A DNA stretch of 53,467 bases from Dehalococcoidia bacterium SM23_28_2 (GTDB taxonomy: Bacteria > Chloroflexota > Dehalococcoidia > SM23-28-2), in contig LJUA01000002.1 of assembly GCA_001303545.1 (NCBI GenBank), positions 1 to 53,467 on the forward strand, read 5' to 3'. Numbering within the stretch: the stretch's first letter is position 1; each line of letters starts with the position of its first letter. A program made the position numbers and the translations under genes. Shown piece by piece: positions 1 through 9,002 of this stretch. The notes beneath the pieces were generated by a model that ran no database searches, had not been told where the DNA came from, and saw only the letters and a list, made by a program, of their open reading frames with translations.

Positions 1-324
1 GAGCTGGAGGAGGCAATCGCTGTTGAGGCAGCGCTGGTCGAGGAAGAGGCACCGCCAGCGGAGGAAGTAGCGGCGGTTGAGGAGGCGGAGGAGGCAGCGC
101 CGGTCGAGGAAGAGGCGCCGCCAGCAGAGGAAGTAGCGGCGGTTGAGGAGGCGGAGGAGGCACCGCCAGCAGAGGAGGCGCCGGCCGAAGAGGAGCAGCC
201 AGCGGCGGTTGAGGAGGCTGAGAAGGTCGAAGAGGCGCCGGAGGCCGTCGAGGAAGAGAAGCCGCCCGCGGAAGAAGAAGAATCGCAGGCCGAGGAAAAG
301 AAGCCTGAGGAAGAAAAAACCTAG
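1..324 (+). CDS. 3' end of a CDS entering from upstream, with a Glu/Ala/Pro-rich low-complexity C-terminal tail. By spc-operon synteny the gene before rplN would be rpsQ/S17, which cannot be verified here.
   Basis: Frame 1 is open from nt 1 to TAG at 322-324 and translates [107 protein letters not shown]. The stop lies 5 nt before the rplN ATG. It is absent from the ORF track because no start codon falls in the window. Confidence 0.55.
   Translation, partial: ELEEAIAVEAALVEEEAPPAEEVAAVEEAEEAAPVEEEAPPAEEVAAVEEAEEAPPAEEAPAEEEQPAAVEEAEKVEEAPEAVEEEKPPAEEEESQAEEKKPEEEKT
37..168 (+). repeat. Direct tandem repeat of 66 nt (22 codons). There are two near-identical copies (37-102 and 103-168), with degenerate copies continuing to about nt 230.
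   Basis: gtcgaggaagaggcRccgccagcRgaggaagtagcggcggttgaggaggcggaggaggcaScgccR occurs twice head to tail. The unit encodes [20 protein letters not shown](A/P)P. Confidence 0.85.
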
Positions 325-329
325 GAATC

Positions 330-655
330 ATGATCCAGTCGTTTACACGTCTCAAGGTGGCCGACAACACCGGCGCCCGCCAGATCATGTGCATTCGGGT
401 GCTGTGGGCACGGTCAAGCAGGCGGTGCCCGGCTCTTCGGTGAAGAAGGGCGAGGTGGTTAGAGCGGTGGTGGTGCGAGTGGCCAAGACCTACGGTCGGC
501 CCGACGGCAGTCACATCCGCTTCGATGACAACGCCGCTGTCATCCTGGCCGATAGCCTCAATCCCAGGGGGACCCGCATCTTCGGGCCGGTGGCTCGCGA
601 GTTGCGAGAGAAGAACTTCATGAAGATTGTGTCCTTGGCGCCGGAGGTGGTGTAG
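330..655 (+). pseudogene. rplN: 50S ribosomal protein L14 (rplN), with the reading frame broken by an internal deletion of about 43 nt (or an assembly artefact).
   Basis: ATG at 330 gives [25 protein letters not shown], then runs to a TGA within 12 codons. The rest of L14 ([47 protein letters not shown]...[25 protein letters not shown]) is in the +2 frame from about 407 to 655. The total is 326 nt against about 369 nt for a 122-aa L14. The segment equivalent to GGSxRRYAxxGDxIxx is missing. Confidence 0.8.
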
Positions 656-657
656 GT

Positions 658-969
658 ATGGCCAAGATCAGACGCGAGGACACAGTACTGGTCATTAAGG
701 GCAAGGAGAGAGGCAAGACGGGCGTGGTCCGTCAGGTGGTTCCTCGACAGAGCCGGATCATTGTCACCGGCGTGAACATGGTGAAGCGGCACATGCAACC
801 GCGCGCCGACCGCCCGGGAGGGATCATCGAGAAGGAGGCGCCCATCCACGTGTCCAACGTGATGCTCGTCTGCAAGAGTTGCAGCAAGCCAACGCGGGTG
901 AGCTTCCGGCTGGGTAAGGGCGGCAGCAAGGTGCGCTACTGCCGCCACTGCGATCAGCCTCTGGACTAG
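658..969 (+). CDS. rplX: 50S ribosomal protein L24
   Basis: 103 aa, [24 protein letters not shown]... (KOW motif). Position is between rplN and rplE. Confidence 0.93.
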   Translation: MAKIRREDTVLVIKGKERGKTGVVRQVVPRQSRIIVTGVNMVKRHMQPRADRPGGIIEKEAPIHVSNVMLVCKSCSKPTRVSFRLGKGGSKVRYCRHCDQPLD

Positions 970-980
970 GAGCGATAGTG

Positions 981-1526
981 ATGTTGCCCAGGCTCAAGGA
1001 ACGATATCGAGAGGAAGTGGTGCCGGCCCTTATGAAGGAGTTCAGCTACAAGAACGTGATGCAGGCGCCTCGTCTGGAGAAGATCACGGTGAACGTGGGC
1101 CTGGGAGAGGCCATCCAGAACCCGAAGGCCCTGGACGCGGCGGCTGACGATGTGGCGACTATCACTGGCCAGAAGCCGGTGATCACCCGCGCCAAGAAAT
1201 CTATCGCTGCCTTCAAGATACGCAAGGGTATGTCCATCGGCCTGACGGTGACGGTGCGGGGCGACCGTATGTATGAGCTGTTCGACCGGATGGTGAACGC
1301 TGCCCTGCCCCGCATTCGCGACTTTCAGGGGGTCTCCCCCTACTCCTTCGATGGCCGTGGCAACTACAGCTTGGGCATCAAGGAGCAACTGATCTTCCCA
1401 GAAGTGGAATACGACAAGATCGACCGCATTCGCGGCTTTCAGATGACAGTGGTGACTACGGCTAGGACCGATGAGGAGGGCAAGCGTCTGTTGGAGCTGT
1501 TGGGCATGCCCTTCGCCCGTAGCTGA
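981..1526 (+). CDS. rplE: 50S ribosomal protein L5
   Basis: [44 protein letters not shown]... is a typical L5. The track ORF starts at GTG 978, but ATG 981 is better spaced from AGGAG at 967-971. Confidence 0.92.
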   Translation: MLPRLKERYREEVVPALMKEFSYKNVMQAPRLEKITVNVGLGEAIQNPKALDAAADDVATITGQKPVITRAKKSIAAFKIRKGMSIGLTVTVRGDRMYELFDRMVNAALPRIRDFQGVSPYSFDGRGNYSLGIKEQLIFPEVEYDKIDRIRGFQMTVVTTARTDEEGKRLLELLGMPFARS

Positions 1527-1561
1527 GCCTGCTTGGGAGCAGGCAGGGCAAGGAGGGAACG

Positions 1562-1750
1562 TTGACCCGCAAGGCCCTTTACAACAAGGCCTTCTATAAG
1601 GAGCCGAAGTACAAGGTGCGGCAGAGGAATCGCTGCAGGCTGTGCGGGCGGCCGCGGGCCTACATGCGCTGGTTCGGTCTCTGCCGAATCTGCTTCCGCG
1701 AGCTAGCATTAGAGGGCAAATTGCCCGGGGTCAAGAAATCCAGTTGGTAG
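1562..1750 (+). CDS. rpsZ: 30S ribosomal protein S14 type Z (zinc-binding, 61 aa)
   Basis: TTG start. Sequence is ...[41 protein letters not shown], with two CxxC pairs. Confidence 0.93.
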   Translation: MTRKALYNKAFYKEPKYKVRQRNRCRLCGRPRAYMRWFGLCRICFRELALEGKLPGVKKSSW

Positions 1751-1762
1751 GGAGTGATGCAT

Positions 1763-2158
1763 ATGGTGACTGACCCCATTGCCGATATGCTCACGCGCAT
1801 TCGCAATGCGCTGGTGGCTGGGCATGAGACTGTGCAGGTACCGGCCTCCAAGATGAAGATCGCTATCGCCGAGGTACTCAAGGAAGAGGGCTTTGTCAGG
1901 GATTTCGAGGTGTCGCAGGACGGCATCAGGAAGACCATCAGCATCGACCTGGCCTACGGCGGTAAGAAGGAGTCGGTGATAAGCGGCCTGCGGCGGGTGA
2001 GCAAGCCCGGCCTGAGAGTATATGTGCAGAAGCGGGAGATCCCCCGCGTCTACGGCGGCCTGGGCATCGCCATCCTCTCCACCCCTCAGGGGGTGATGAC
2101 CGGGCAGGAGGCCTGGCGTCGGCAGGTGGGCGGCGAGGTCCTCTGCTACGTGTGGTAG
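1763..2158 (+). CDS. rpsH: 30S ribosomal protein S8
   Basis: [16 protein letters not shown]... is the canonical S8 N-terminus. The track ORF begins at GTG 1754. ATG 1763 is preferred because of its spacing from GGGAG at 1750-1754. Confidence 0.92.
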   Translation: MVTDPIADMLTRIRNALVAGHETVQVPASKMKIAIAEVLKEEGFVRDFEVSQDGIRKTISIDLAYGGKKESVISGLRRVSKPGLRVYVQKREIPRVYGGLGIAILSTPQGVMTGQEAWRRQVGGEVLCYVW

Positions 2159-2171
2159 GGGGTAGGAGTAG

Positions 2172-2720
2172 ATGTCCCGCGTAGGCAAGCAGCCCATAGC
2201 AGTTCCCTCGGGGGTGAGTGTGAACATCGAGGGAAGGCGGGTGACCGTCACCGGTCCCAAGGGAGAGCTAAGCCGAGAGTTCCACCCTGACATTGCGGTT
2301 CGTCTGGACGACGGACAGCTCCTGGTCAGCCGACCCACCGACCGGCCGGAGCATCGCTCGCTGCACGGGCTGACGCGCAGCCTGCTGGCCAACATGGTGA
2401 CCGGTGTCAGCACAGGCTTCACCAAGATGCTGGAACTGCACGGCGTGGGCTATCGAGCCCAGATGCAAGGGCAGAATCTGGTGCTTCAGGTGGGCTACTC
2501 GCGGCCGGTGGAGGTGAAGCCACCGGCGGGGATCATTCTGGCGGTGGAGGGCACCAGTCGGGTGATGGTCCAGGGCATGAGCAGGGAGCTGGTGGGCCAG
2601 GTGGCGGCCGATATACGTGCTGTGCGCCCGCCCGATCCCTACAAGGGCAAGGGCATCCGTTACGAGGGCGAGAGGGTCCGCCACAAGGCAGGCAAGGCGG
2701 GCAAGGCCATTAAGCACTAG
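2172..2720 (+). CDS. rplF: 50S ribosomal protein L6
   Basis: [37 protein letters not shown]..., 182 aa. Confidence 0.94.
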   Translation: MSRVGKQPIAVPSGVSVNIEGRRVTVTGPKGELSREFHPDIAVRLDDGQLLVSRPTDRPEHRSLHGLTRSLLANMVTGVSTGFTKMLELHGVGYRAQMQGQNLVLQVGYSRPVEVKPPAGIILAVEGTSRVMVQGMSRELVGQVAADIRAVRPPDPYKGKGIRYEGERVRHKAGKAGKAIKH

Positions 2721-2722
2721 TC

Positions 2723-3091
2723 ATGAAGGGTAGGAAGACAGCGCGAGCAGCCCGAGTGCGCCGCCATCGGCGGGTGCGCCGAAACGTAGTGGGCACCCCC
2801 GAGAGGCCGCGTTTGTGCGTCTTTCGCAGCGTTAATCACATCTATGCCCAGGTCATCAATGATGAGCAGGGGCATACCTTGGCGGCCGCTTCCGACCTGG
2901 AGGCGGACATCCGGCAGCAGGCCAACGGCAAGCGCAAGACCGAGGTAGCCAGCCTCGTGGGTCAGCGACTGGCCGAGCGTGCCCTGGAAAAGGGGATCGG
3001 GACGGTGGTGTTCGACCGCGGCGGCTACAAGTTTCACGGCCGGGTCAAGGCGCTGGCCGATGCCGCTCGCAAGGGCGGGCTGGTGTTCTAG
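2723..3091 (+). CDS. rplR: 50S ribosomal protein L18
   Basis: 122 aa, ...[28 protein letters not shown]...[28 protein letters not shown]. Confidence 0.94.
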   Translation: MKGRKTARAARVRRHRRVRRNVVGTPERPRLCVFRSVNHIYAQVINDEQGHTLAAASDLEADIRQQANGKRKTEVASLVGQRLAERALEKGIGTVVFDRGGYKFHGRVKALADAARKGGLVF

Positions 3092-3104
3092 GGACGGGGG
3101 AGAG

Positions 3105-3632
3105 ATGTCCAATCCAAGAAGATACGTAGCCACTGCCAAGAAGATCGACCCCCTGGAGATGGAGCTCGCCGAGAAGGTGGTGTTCATCAACCGAGTGGCC
3201 AAGGTGGTCAAGGGCGGTCGCCGCTTTCACTTCACCGCCGTGGTGGTGGTTGGCGATGGCGAGGGACACGTAGGAGCGGCCATCGGCAAGGCCAAGGAGG
3301 TGCCGGAGGCCATCCGTAAGGCGACCACAATAGCTCGCAAGAACCTGATAAAGGTTCCCATGAAGGGGACCACCGTTCCCCACGAGGTTTGGGAGCGCTT
3401 TGGCGCTGCCAAGGTGCTCATCAAGCCGGCGCCGGCGGGTACCGGCGTCATCGCCGGCGGGGGCGTGCGAGCAGTTTTGCAGATGGCGGGCATCAAGGAC
3501 GTGGTAGCCAAGTCCTTGGGCAGCGATAACGCGGTCAACGTGGTCAAGGCCACCATGCTTGGCCTTTCTCGGATGAGGAACGTGAAAAAGGCGGTGGCCG
3601 GACGTCGTGAGCTGGCTACGACCGAGGCGTAG
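3105..3632 (+). CDS. rpsE: 30S ribosomal protein S5
   Basis: ATG 3105 gives MSNPRRYV...[48 protein letters not shown]. The track ORF 2979..3632 has a spurious N-terminal extension that overlaps rplR. Confidence 0.92.
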   Translation: MSNPRRYVATAKKIDPLEMELAEKVVFINRVAKVVKGGRRFHFTAVVVVGDGEGHVGAAIGKAKEVPEAIRKATTIARKNLIKVPMKGTTVPHEVWERFGAAKVLIKPAPAGTGVIAGGGVRAVLQMAGIKDVVAKSLGSDNAVNVVKATMLGLSRMRNVKKAVAGRRELATTEA

Positions 3633-3638
3633 GAAGCG

Positions 3639-3824
3639 ATGGTCAAGCTGAGGGTCACTTGGAGGAAGAGCGCCATCGGCTACCCGCCGAAACAGCGGCG
3701 GACCATCCGCGCCCTGGGCCTGCGGCGGCTGGGCCAGGCGGTTCAACATAGCGATTCGCCAGTTGTGCGTGGTATGATACTCAAAGTGCGCCATCTGGTA
3801 GAGGTGGAGGAGGTAGAGGAGTAG
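3639..3824 (+). CDS. rpmD: 50S ribosomal protein L30
   Basis: [35 protein letters not shown]...; ends in the acidic EVEEVEE. Confidence 0.9.
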   Translation: MVKLRVTWRKSAIGYPPKQRRTIRALGLRRLGQAVQHSDSPVVRGMILKVRHLVEVEEVEE

Positions 3825-3826
3825 GG

Positions 3827-4276
3827 ATGGAAGCCCACGACCTAAGGCCCCCTAAAGGCGCTCGCCACAAGCGAAAGCGGGTGGGGCGCGGCGACGGCAG
3901 CGGTCACGGCACCTATTCTGGACGCGGCTCGAAAGGCCAGAAATCACGTTCCGGCGGCGGGCCTCGCTTGGGCTTCGAGGGCGGCCAGACGCCTCTCATC
4001 AAGCGTCTGCCCCGGCGGCGGGGCTTCACCAACATCTTCCGGGTGGAGTATGCGTCGGTGAACGTGAAGCAGTTGGAACGTTTCGAGGAGGGCACAGAGG
4101 TGACGCCCGAGCTCCTGCGGGAGGTGGGCATCATTAAGACCTTGAGGCAGCCGGTGAAGGTTCTGGGCGACGGCGAGATAACCAAGGCCCTGATCGTGCG
4201 GGCCCACAGGTTCTCGACGGTGGCCAAGGGGAAGATCGAGGCGGCCGGAGGAAGTGTCGAGGAGGTGGCGCCATGA
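3827..4276 (+). CDS. rplO: 50S ribosomal protein L15
   Basis: 149 aa, ...[43 protein letters not shown]... Confidence 0.93.
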   Translation: MEAHDLRPPKGARHKRKRVGRGDGSGHGTYSGRGSKGQKSRSGGGPRLGFEGGQTPLIKRLPRRRGFTNIFRVEYASVNVKQLERFEEGTEVTPELLREVGIIKTLRQPVKVLGDGEITKALIVRAHRFSTVAKGKIEAAGGSVEEVAP

Positions 4277-5637
4277 TGCGGGCGCCCACCGTCGCTAGGC
4301 CGCGCCTTCTCCAGGCGGTCATCGACGCCTTCCAGCAGGCGGACGTGCGGCGGAAGATCGTATTCACGCTGTCTGTGCTGGTGATCTTCCGCTTCGTGGC
4401 CAACCTGCCGCTTCCCGGCATCGACTCAGCTACCTTGGCAGACATATTCAAGAGCAATGCCGTCCTCGGCTTTCTAAACATCTTCAGCGGGGGTGCCCTG
4501 CGGAACATGAGCGTCGCTGCCCTGGGCGTCTACCCCTACGTGACGGCCTCCATCGTCATGCAGCTACTCGTTCCCATGGTGCCTCGGCTTCAGGCCCTGA
4601 CCAAGGAGGGGGAGCAGGGCCGCCGCCAGATCCAGATCTACACCCACTGGCTGACAATACCCATGTGCGTCGTCCAGGGCTACGGACAGCTCATCCTCAT
4701 CAACAACCTGGGCGGCTTTGGAGGAGAGACAAAGATCGGTCTCACCGGCGATGCTCTGTTGCCCACCCTGTCCATGCTCACCACCCTGACGGCCGGCACT
4801 ATGTTCCTGGTCTGGCTGGGCGAACTGATCACGGAGAAGGGCATCGGCAACGGGGTATCGGTGCTCATTTTCGCCGGCATTGTCGCCAACATACCGCGGA
4901 TGATCTGGACCGAGGTCTACACCTCGACCGCCATGACCGGCGTCGTGATGCTGGTCCTGTTTATTGCAGTCATCCTTGCTGTCATTGTCTTCTTCCAGGA
5001 AGCGCAGAGGCGCATCCCGGTTCAGTACTCCCGCAGCCTGTTCCGAGGCGGGCGGATGTACCGCCAGTCGGGTCAGACTCACATCCCCCTGCGGGTGAAC
5101 TCGGCGGGGATGATCCCTCTCATCTTCGCCTTCTCTATCGTTATCTTCCCCGCCTACATCGCCAGCATGGTGGAGTCGGGCCGCACCGGCTGGGTAGCCG
5201 ACTTGGCGGGCACGGTCCAGGCGGTCTTCGATCCTTCGAACTGGGGCTACTGGATATTTCTCTTCTTCCTGGTGGTGATCTTTGCCTTCTTCTATACGAT
5301 GGTTATCTTTCAGCAGCAGAACCTGGCGGAGAACCTGCAGCGGCAGGGAGGTTTCATCCCCGGCATCCGGCCGGGGCGCCCTACGGCGGAGTATATAACG
5401 CGGGTGCTCATTCGCATCACCTGGGCTGGTGCTCTCTTCCTTGGCGTTATTGCGGTGATACCCTACTTCGCGGCCGCCGCCACGGGGGAGCAATCCCTTA
5501 GTCTGGGCCGCGGAGGGGGATTATCCTTCGGCATCACCAGCGCCGGCTTGATCATCGTGGTCGGCGTGGTGCTGGACACCATGCGCCAGCTAGAGGCCCA
5601 GTTGCTGATGCGTCAGTATGAAGGATTCATCCGCTAG
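4273..5637 (+). CDS. secY: Preprotein translocase subunit SecY
   Basis: 454 aa polytopic membrane protein, ...[26 protein letters not shown]...; the ATGA junction overlaps the rplO stop. Confidence 0.94.
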   Translation: MMRAPTVARPRLLQAVIDAFQQADVRRKIVFTLSVLVIFRFVANLPLPGIDSATLADIFKSNAVLGFLNIFSGGALRNMSVAALGVYPYVTASIVMQLLVPMVPRLQALTKEGEQGRRQIQIYTHWLTIPMCVVQGYGQLILINNLGGFGGETKIGLTGDALLPTLSMLTTLTAGTMFLVWLGELITEKGIGNGVSVLIFAGIVANIPRMIWTEVYTSTAMTGVVMLVLFIAVILAVIVFFQEAQRRIPVQYSRSLFRGGRMYRQSGQTHIPLRVNSAGMIPLIFAFSIVIFPAYIASMVESGRTGWVADLAGTVQAVFDPSNWGYWIFLFFLVVIFAFFYTMVIFQQQNLAENLQRQGGFIPGIRPGRPTAEYITRVLIRITWAGALFLGVIAVIPYFAAAATGEQSLSLGRGGGLSFGITSAGLIIVVGVVLDTMRQLEAQLLMRQYEGFIR

Positions 5638-5654
5638 GGGGTAGAAGAAGGCCC

Positions 5655-6302
5655 TTGTACGTTATCCTCTTTGGTGGCCCAGGCGCTGGTAAAGGAACCC
5701 AGGCAGCAATTCTGGGCGAGAAGACAGGTTTGGTGCACATCACAACAGGGGAGCTGTTCAGGGAGGCTATTAGACAGGAGACGGAACTGGGGAAACAGGC
5801 CAAACCCTATTACGATCGAGGCCAGTTGGTGCCCGACCATCTGACCATCGCCATGCTGCTGGAGCGCCTGTCCCAGAGCGATTGTGCTCGCGGATGTATG
5901 TTGGATGGCTTCCCTCGCACGCTGGAGCAGGCCACCGCCCTCGACGAGGCTTTGACTCGCGAGGGCAAGGGCATCAACCGGGTTCTGTACATCAAGGTGC
6001 CGGAAGACGAGCTACTGAGTCGTCTCTCAGGCCGCTGGAACTGCCGTCAGTGCGGTAGCGTCTATCATCAGCGCTTCCAGCCGCCGCGCCAGGCCGGTCG
6101 TTGCGACCAGTGCGGCGGCGAGCTCTACCAGCGAGATGACGATAGGCCGGAGACGGTGCGAAAGCGACTGGAGGTCTATTTCCAGCAGACGGCGCCCCTC
6201 ATCGACTACTACCGGGAGAGGGGCAAGCTGGTGGAGATAGACGGCAACAAATCGGTGGAGGAGGTTGCTGAGGAGTTACTGGCCGCTGTCGATGTTCCTT
6301 AG
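5655..6302 (+). CDS. adk: Adenylate kinase with a four-Cys zinc lid
   Basis: TTG start. P-loop is ILFGGPGAGKGTQA. The lid is CRQCGSVYH...CDQCGGELYQRDDD. Confidence 0.93.
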   Translation: MYVILFGGPGAGKGTQAAILGEKTGLVHITTGELFREAIRQETELGKQAKPYYDRGQLVPDHLTIAMLLERLSQSDCARGCMLDGFPRTLEQATALDEALTREGKGINRVLYIKVPEDELLSRLSGRWNCRQCGSVYHQRFQPPRQAGRCDQCGGELYQRDDDRPETVRKRLEVYFQQTAPLIDYYRERGKLVEIDGNKSVEEVAEELLAAVDVP

Positions 6303-6322
6303 GGAGGAGTCCAGGATAGTCC

Positions 6323-7072
6323 ATGCCTATCGTGCTGAAGGGGCCCGAAGAGATAGCCCTGATGCGGCAGGCGGGCCGGGCTGTGGCCGAGGTATTGGGC
6401 ATCCTGCGACAGGAGATTCGGCCGGGGCTGATGCTCAAGAGGCTGGACGAGGTTGTGCGACGGGAGTTCGCCAAAAGGAAGGTGGTTCCTACCTTCCTGG
6501 ACTATCAGGGCTATCCGGCGCGCGTCTGCGTCTCGGTGAACGATGAGATTGTGCATGGCATACCCAATAGCCGCATCCTTCAGGAGGGCGACATCGTGAG
6601 CCTCGACCTGGGAGCCACTCACAGAGGCTTCGTGGGCGATGCCGCCATCACTGTGGCCGTAGGGAGGATAAGCCCCGAGGCCGAGCGCCTTGTGCGGGTA
6701 ACCGAAGAGGCGCTGTGGGAAGGCATCAGAGCAGCGAAGGCCGGCGTTCGCCTGGGACAGATATCGGCGGCTATTCAGGCTCATGCCGAAGGGAACGGCT
6801 TCTCTGTCGTGCGGGAGTACGTGGGGCATGGCGTCGGTCGCAGCATGCACGAGGAACCTCAGGTGCCCAACTTCGGCCTGCCCGACCGGGGGCTGTTGCT
6901 CCAGAAGGGGATGACCCTGGCCCTGGAGCCGATGGTTACCGCCGGCGATTGGAAAACCGAGAAGGATCCCGACGGCTGGACCGTTCGCACAGCCGACGGT
7001 AGCCTTGCCGCGCATTTTGAGCACACGATAGCGATCATCGAGGGCGGAGCGGAGGTGCTGACGCTTCCTTGA
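6323..7072 (+). CDS. map: Type I methionine aminopeptidase
   Basis: 249 aa, ...CVSVNDEIVHGIP...GDIVSLDLGA...GHGVGRSMHEEP...EPM...EHT... Confidence 0.93.
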   Translation: MPIVLKGPEEIALMRQAGRAVAEVLGILRQEIRPGLMLKRLDEVVRREFAKRKVVPTFLDYQGYPARVCVSVNDEIVHGIPNSRILQEGDIVSLDLGATHRGFVGDAAITVAVGRISPEAERLVRVTEEALWEGIRAAKAGVRLGQISAAIQAHAEGNGFSVVREYVGHGVGRSMHEEPQVPNFGLPDRGLLLQKGMTLALEPMVTAGDWKTEKDPDGWTVRTADGSLAAHFEHTIAIIEGGAEVLTLP

Positions 7073-7117
7073 GGATGTTGGTAAACTGTCTGGGGGTGGT
7101 CGGTCTGCGGGCCGTTT

Positions 7118-7336
7118 ATGCCTAAGAAAGAGAGCATAGAGGTCGAAGGCGTAGTCAAAGAAGCATTGCCCAATGCCGTGTTTCGGGTAGAGCTACCCAA
7201 TGGGCATAAGGTTCTTGCCCATGCGTCCGGCAAGATTCGAGTGCACTTTATCCGTATACTGCCCGGAGACAGGGTGCTGGTGGAACTGTCGCCATACGAC
7301 CTCAGTCGTGGTAGGATTACTTATCGACTTCGTTAG
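7118..7336 (+). CDS. infA: Translation initiation factor IF-1
   Basis: [70 protein letters not shown]. Confidence 0.95.
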   Translation: MPKKESIEVEGVVKEALPNAVFRVELPNGHKVLAHASGKIRVHFIRILPGDRVLVELSPYDLSRGRITYRLR

Positions 7337-7362
7337 AGTTTTCAGTGACAGAGTGATTGACG

Positions 7363-7476
7363 ATGAAGGTACGAGCTTCGGTTAAGCGGCGGTGCGATAA
7401 GTGCAAGATCGTCCGTCGCAAGGGCGTGGTGAGGGTGATCTGCGAAAACCCGCGGCACAAGCAGCGCCAAGGGTAG
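7363..7476 (+). CDS. rpmJ: 50S ribosomal protein L36 (zinc-ribbon form)
   Basis: Translated by hand, because it is below the ORF-track size cutoff: [37 protein letters not shown], with TAG at 7474-7476. It sits in the expected infA-rpmJ-rpsM position. Confidence 0.93.
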   Translation: MKVRASVKRRCDKCKIVRRKGVVRVICENPRHKQRQG

Positions 7477-7486
7477 AGGAGGCATC

Positions 7487-7870
7487 ATGGCGCGTATCGC
7501 TGGCGTAGACATTCCCAGGGACAAGCGGGTGGATGTGTCTCTCCGCTACATCTACGGCATAGGGCCCACTCTGGCCCACACCATCTGCGACAGCACCAAA
7601 GTGGAGCCCTCAACCAAGGTGCGGGATCTGACTGACGACGAGATCAGCCGCATCCGTGAGTTCATCGATCGCAACTACACGGTGGAGGGCGAGCTGCGCA
7701 AAGGAATGCGGCAGAACGTCCAGCGCCTTATCGAGATCAACTGCTATCGGGGGGTGCGCCATCGACGTGGCCTGCCCGTGCATGGGCAGCGCACTCGCAC
7801 CAACGCTCGTTGCAAGCGAGGCCCGCGCAAGACGGTTGCCGGCAAGCGGCGGGCGATGGCCAAGAAGTAG
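7487..7870 (+). CDS. rpsM: 30S ribosomal protein S13
   Basis: [30 protein letters not shown]... Confidence 0.95.
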   Translation: MARIAGVDIPRDKRVDVSLRYIYGIGPTLAHTICDSTKVEPSTKVRDLTDDEISRIREFIDRNYTVEGELRKGMRQNVQRLIEINCYRGVRHRRGLPVHGQRTRTNARCKRGPRKTVAGKRRAMAKK

Positions 7871-7904
7871 GAAGTCCAGATACACCTGACCAGCGAGGAG
7901 AGTT

Positions 7905-8300
7905 ATGGCTGAAAAGAAGGGCTCAGGTCGGGTACGGCGGCGGGAGCGCAAGAACATCCCCGTCGGTCGTGCCTACGTTCAGTCCACCTTCAATAACACG
8001 ATCATTACTCTCACCGATCCCAACGGCAATGTCATCGCCTGGGCCAGCGGGGGCACGGTGGGGTTCAAGGGCTCCCGCAAGAGCACTCCCTACGCCGCTC
8101 AGATAGCGGCCGATAGGGTAGCCAAGCGGGGAATGGAACACGGCCTGCGCCAGGTAGATGTCTACGTGAGAGGCCCGGGCAGCGGTCGGGAGGCAGCTAT
8201 TCGCTCCCTGCAGGGGGCGGGCATTCAGGTGATGAGCATCCGCGACGTAACCCCTATTCCCCACAACGGCTGTCGCCCACCCAAACGGCGGCGGGTGTAA
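7905..8300 (+). CDS. rpsK: 30S ribosomal protein S11
   Basis: ...[46 protein letters not shown]... Confidence 0.95.
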   Translation: MAEKKGSGRVRRRERKNIPVGRAYVQSTFNNTIITLTDPNGNVIAWASGGTVGFKGSRKSTPYAAQIAADRVAKRGMEHGLRQVDVYVRGPGSGREAAIRSLQGAGIQVMSIRDVTPIPHNGCRPPKRRRV

Positions 8301-8339
8301 GCTGGGGATGTTGCGCTCTTAGCCAGTGAGGGAGAGCTA

Positions 8340-8966
8340 GTGGCACGCTATAGAGGACCCGCCTGCCGAATATGTCGGCGCCTGGCCGAAAAGCTCTATC
8401 TTAAAGGGGAGAAGTGTTACTCTCCCAAGTGCCCCTTTGAGCGTCGGCCGTACGCTCCCGGGCAGCGCTCCATGCGCCGCCGCAAAGTATCCGACCGCGG
8501 CCTTCAGCTGCGGGAGAAGCAGAAGGGGCGCTCCACCTACGGGCTGCTGGAGCGCCAGTTCCGCCGCTACTACAGGGAGGCGGTGCGACGCAAGGGGATC
8601 ACCGGCGAGGATCTGCTGCGTATTCTCGAGATGCGCCTGGACAACGTCGTCTATCGTCTGGGCTTCGCCGATTCGCGCAACCAGGCGCGCCAGTTGGTGC
8701 GCCATGGACACATCAGCCTGAATGGCCGAAAGGCCGATATCCCCTCTCACGTGATCAAAGTGAACGATGTCATCGGTTGGACGGCGAGAGGGCAGGCGAG
8801 CGAGATCTTCAAGATAGTCAAAGAGCAGGTGGCTGAGCGGTCCGTCCCCTCGTGGCTGAACCTGGATGCCGAACAGATGACGGGGCGGGTACTATCGCCG
8901 CCGCCTATGGAAGACATTGGGGCCAAATTCGACCCGGCCACTATTGTTGAGTTCTACTCTCGTTAG
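8340..8966 (+). CDS. rpsD: 30S ribosomal protein S4
   Basis: GTG start, MARYRGPACRICRRLAEKLYLKGEKCYSPKCPFERR..., 208 aa. Confidence 0.94.
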   Translation: MARYRGPACRICRRLAEKLYLKGEKCYSPKCPFERRPYAPGQRSMRRRKVSDRGLQLREKQKGRSTYGLLERQFRRYYREAVRRKGITGEDLLRILEMRLDNVVYRLGFADSRNQARQLVRHGHISLNGRKADIPSHVIKVNDVIGWTARGQASEIFKIVKEQVAERSVPSWLNLDAEQMTGRVLSPPPMEDIGAKFDPATIVEFYSR

Positions 8967-9002
8967 CTACCACTTGTTGTTAGAGTGAGGAGGTGGGTCT
9001 CG

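Noticed and set aside
143-655. A 170-aa track ORF with an extremely Arg-rich N-terminus ([14 protein letters not shown]...) fused to the C-terminal two-thirds of L14.
   Set aside because: The Arg-rich part is simply the +1 reading of the GAG/GAA/GCG-rich acidic tail ORF (frame 1, 1-324). It crosses that gene's stop and the rplN ATG. Only the portion after about nt 407 matches L14, so this is an artefact of the rplN frame break rather than a real fusion protein.
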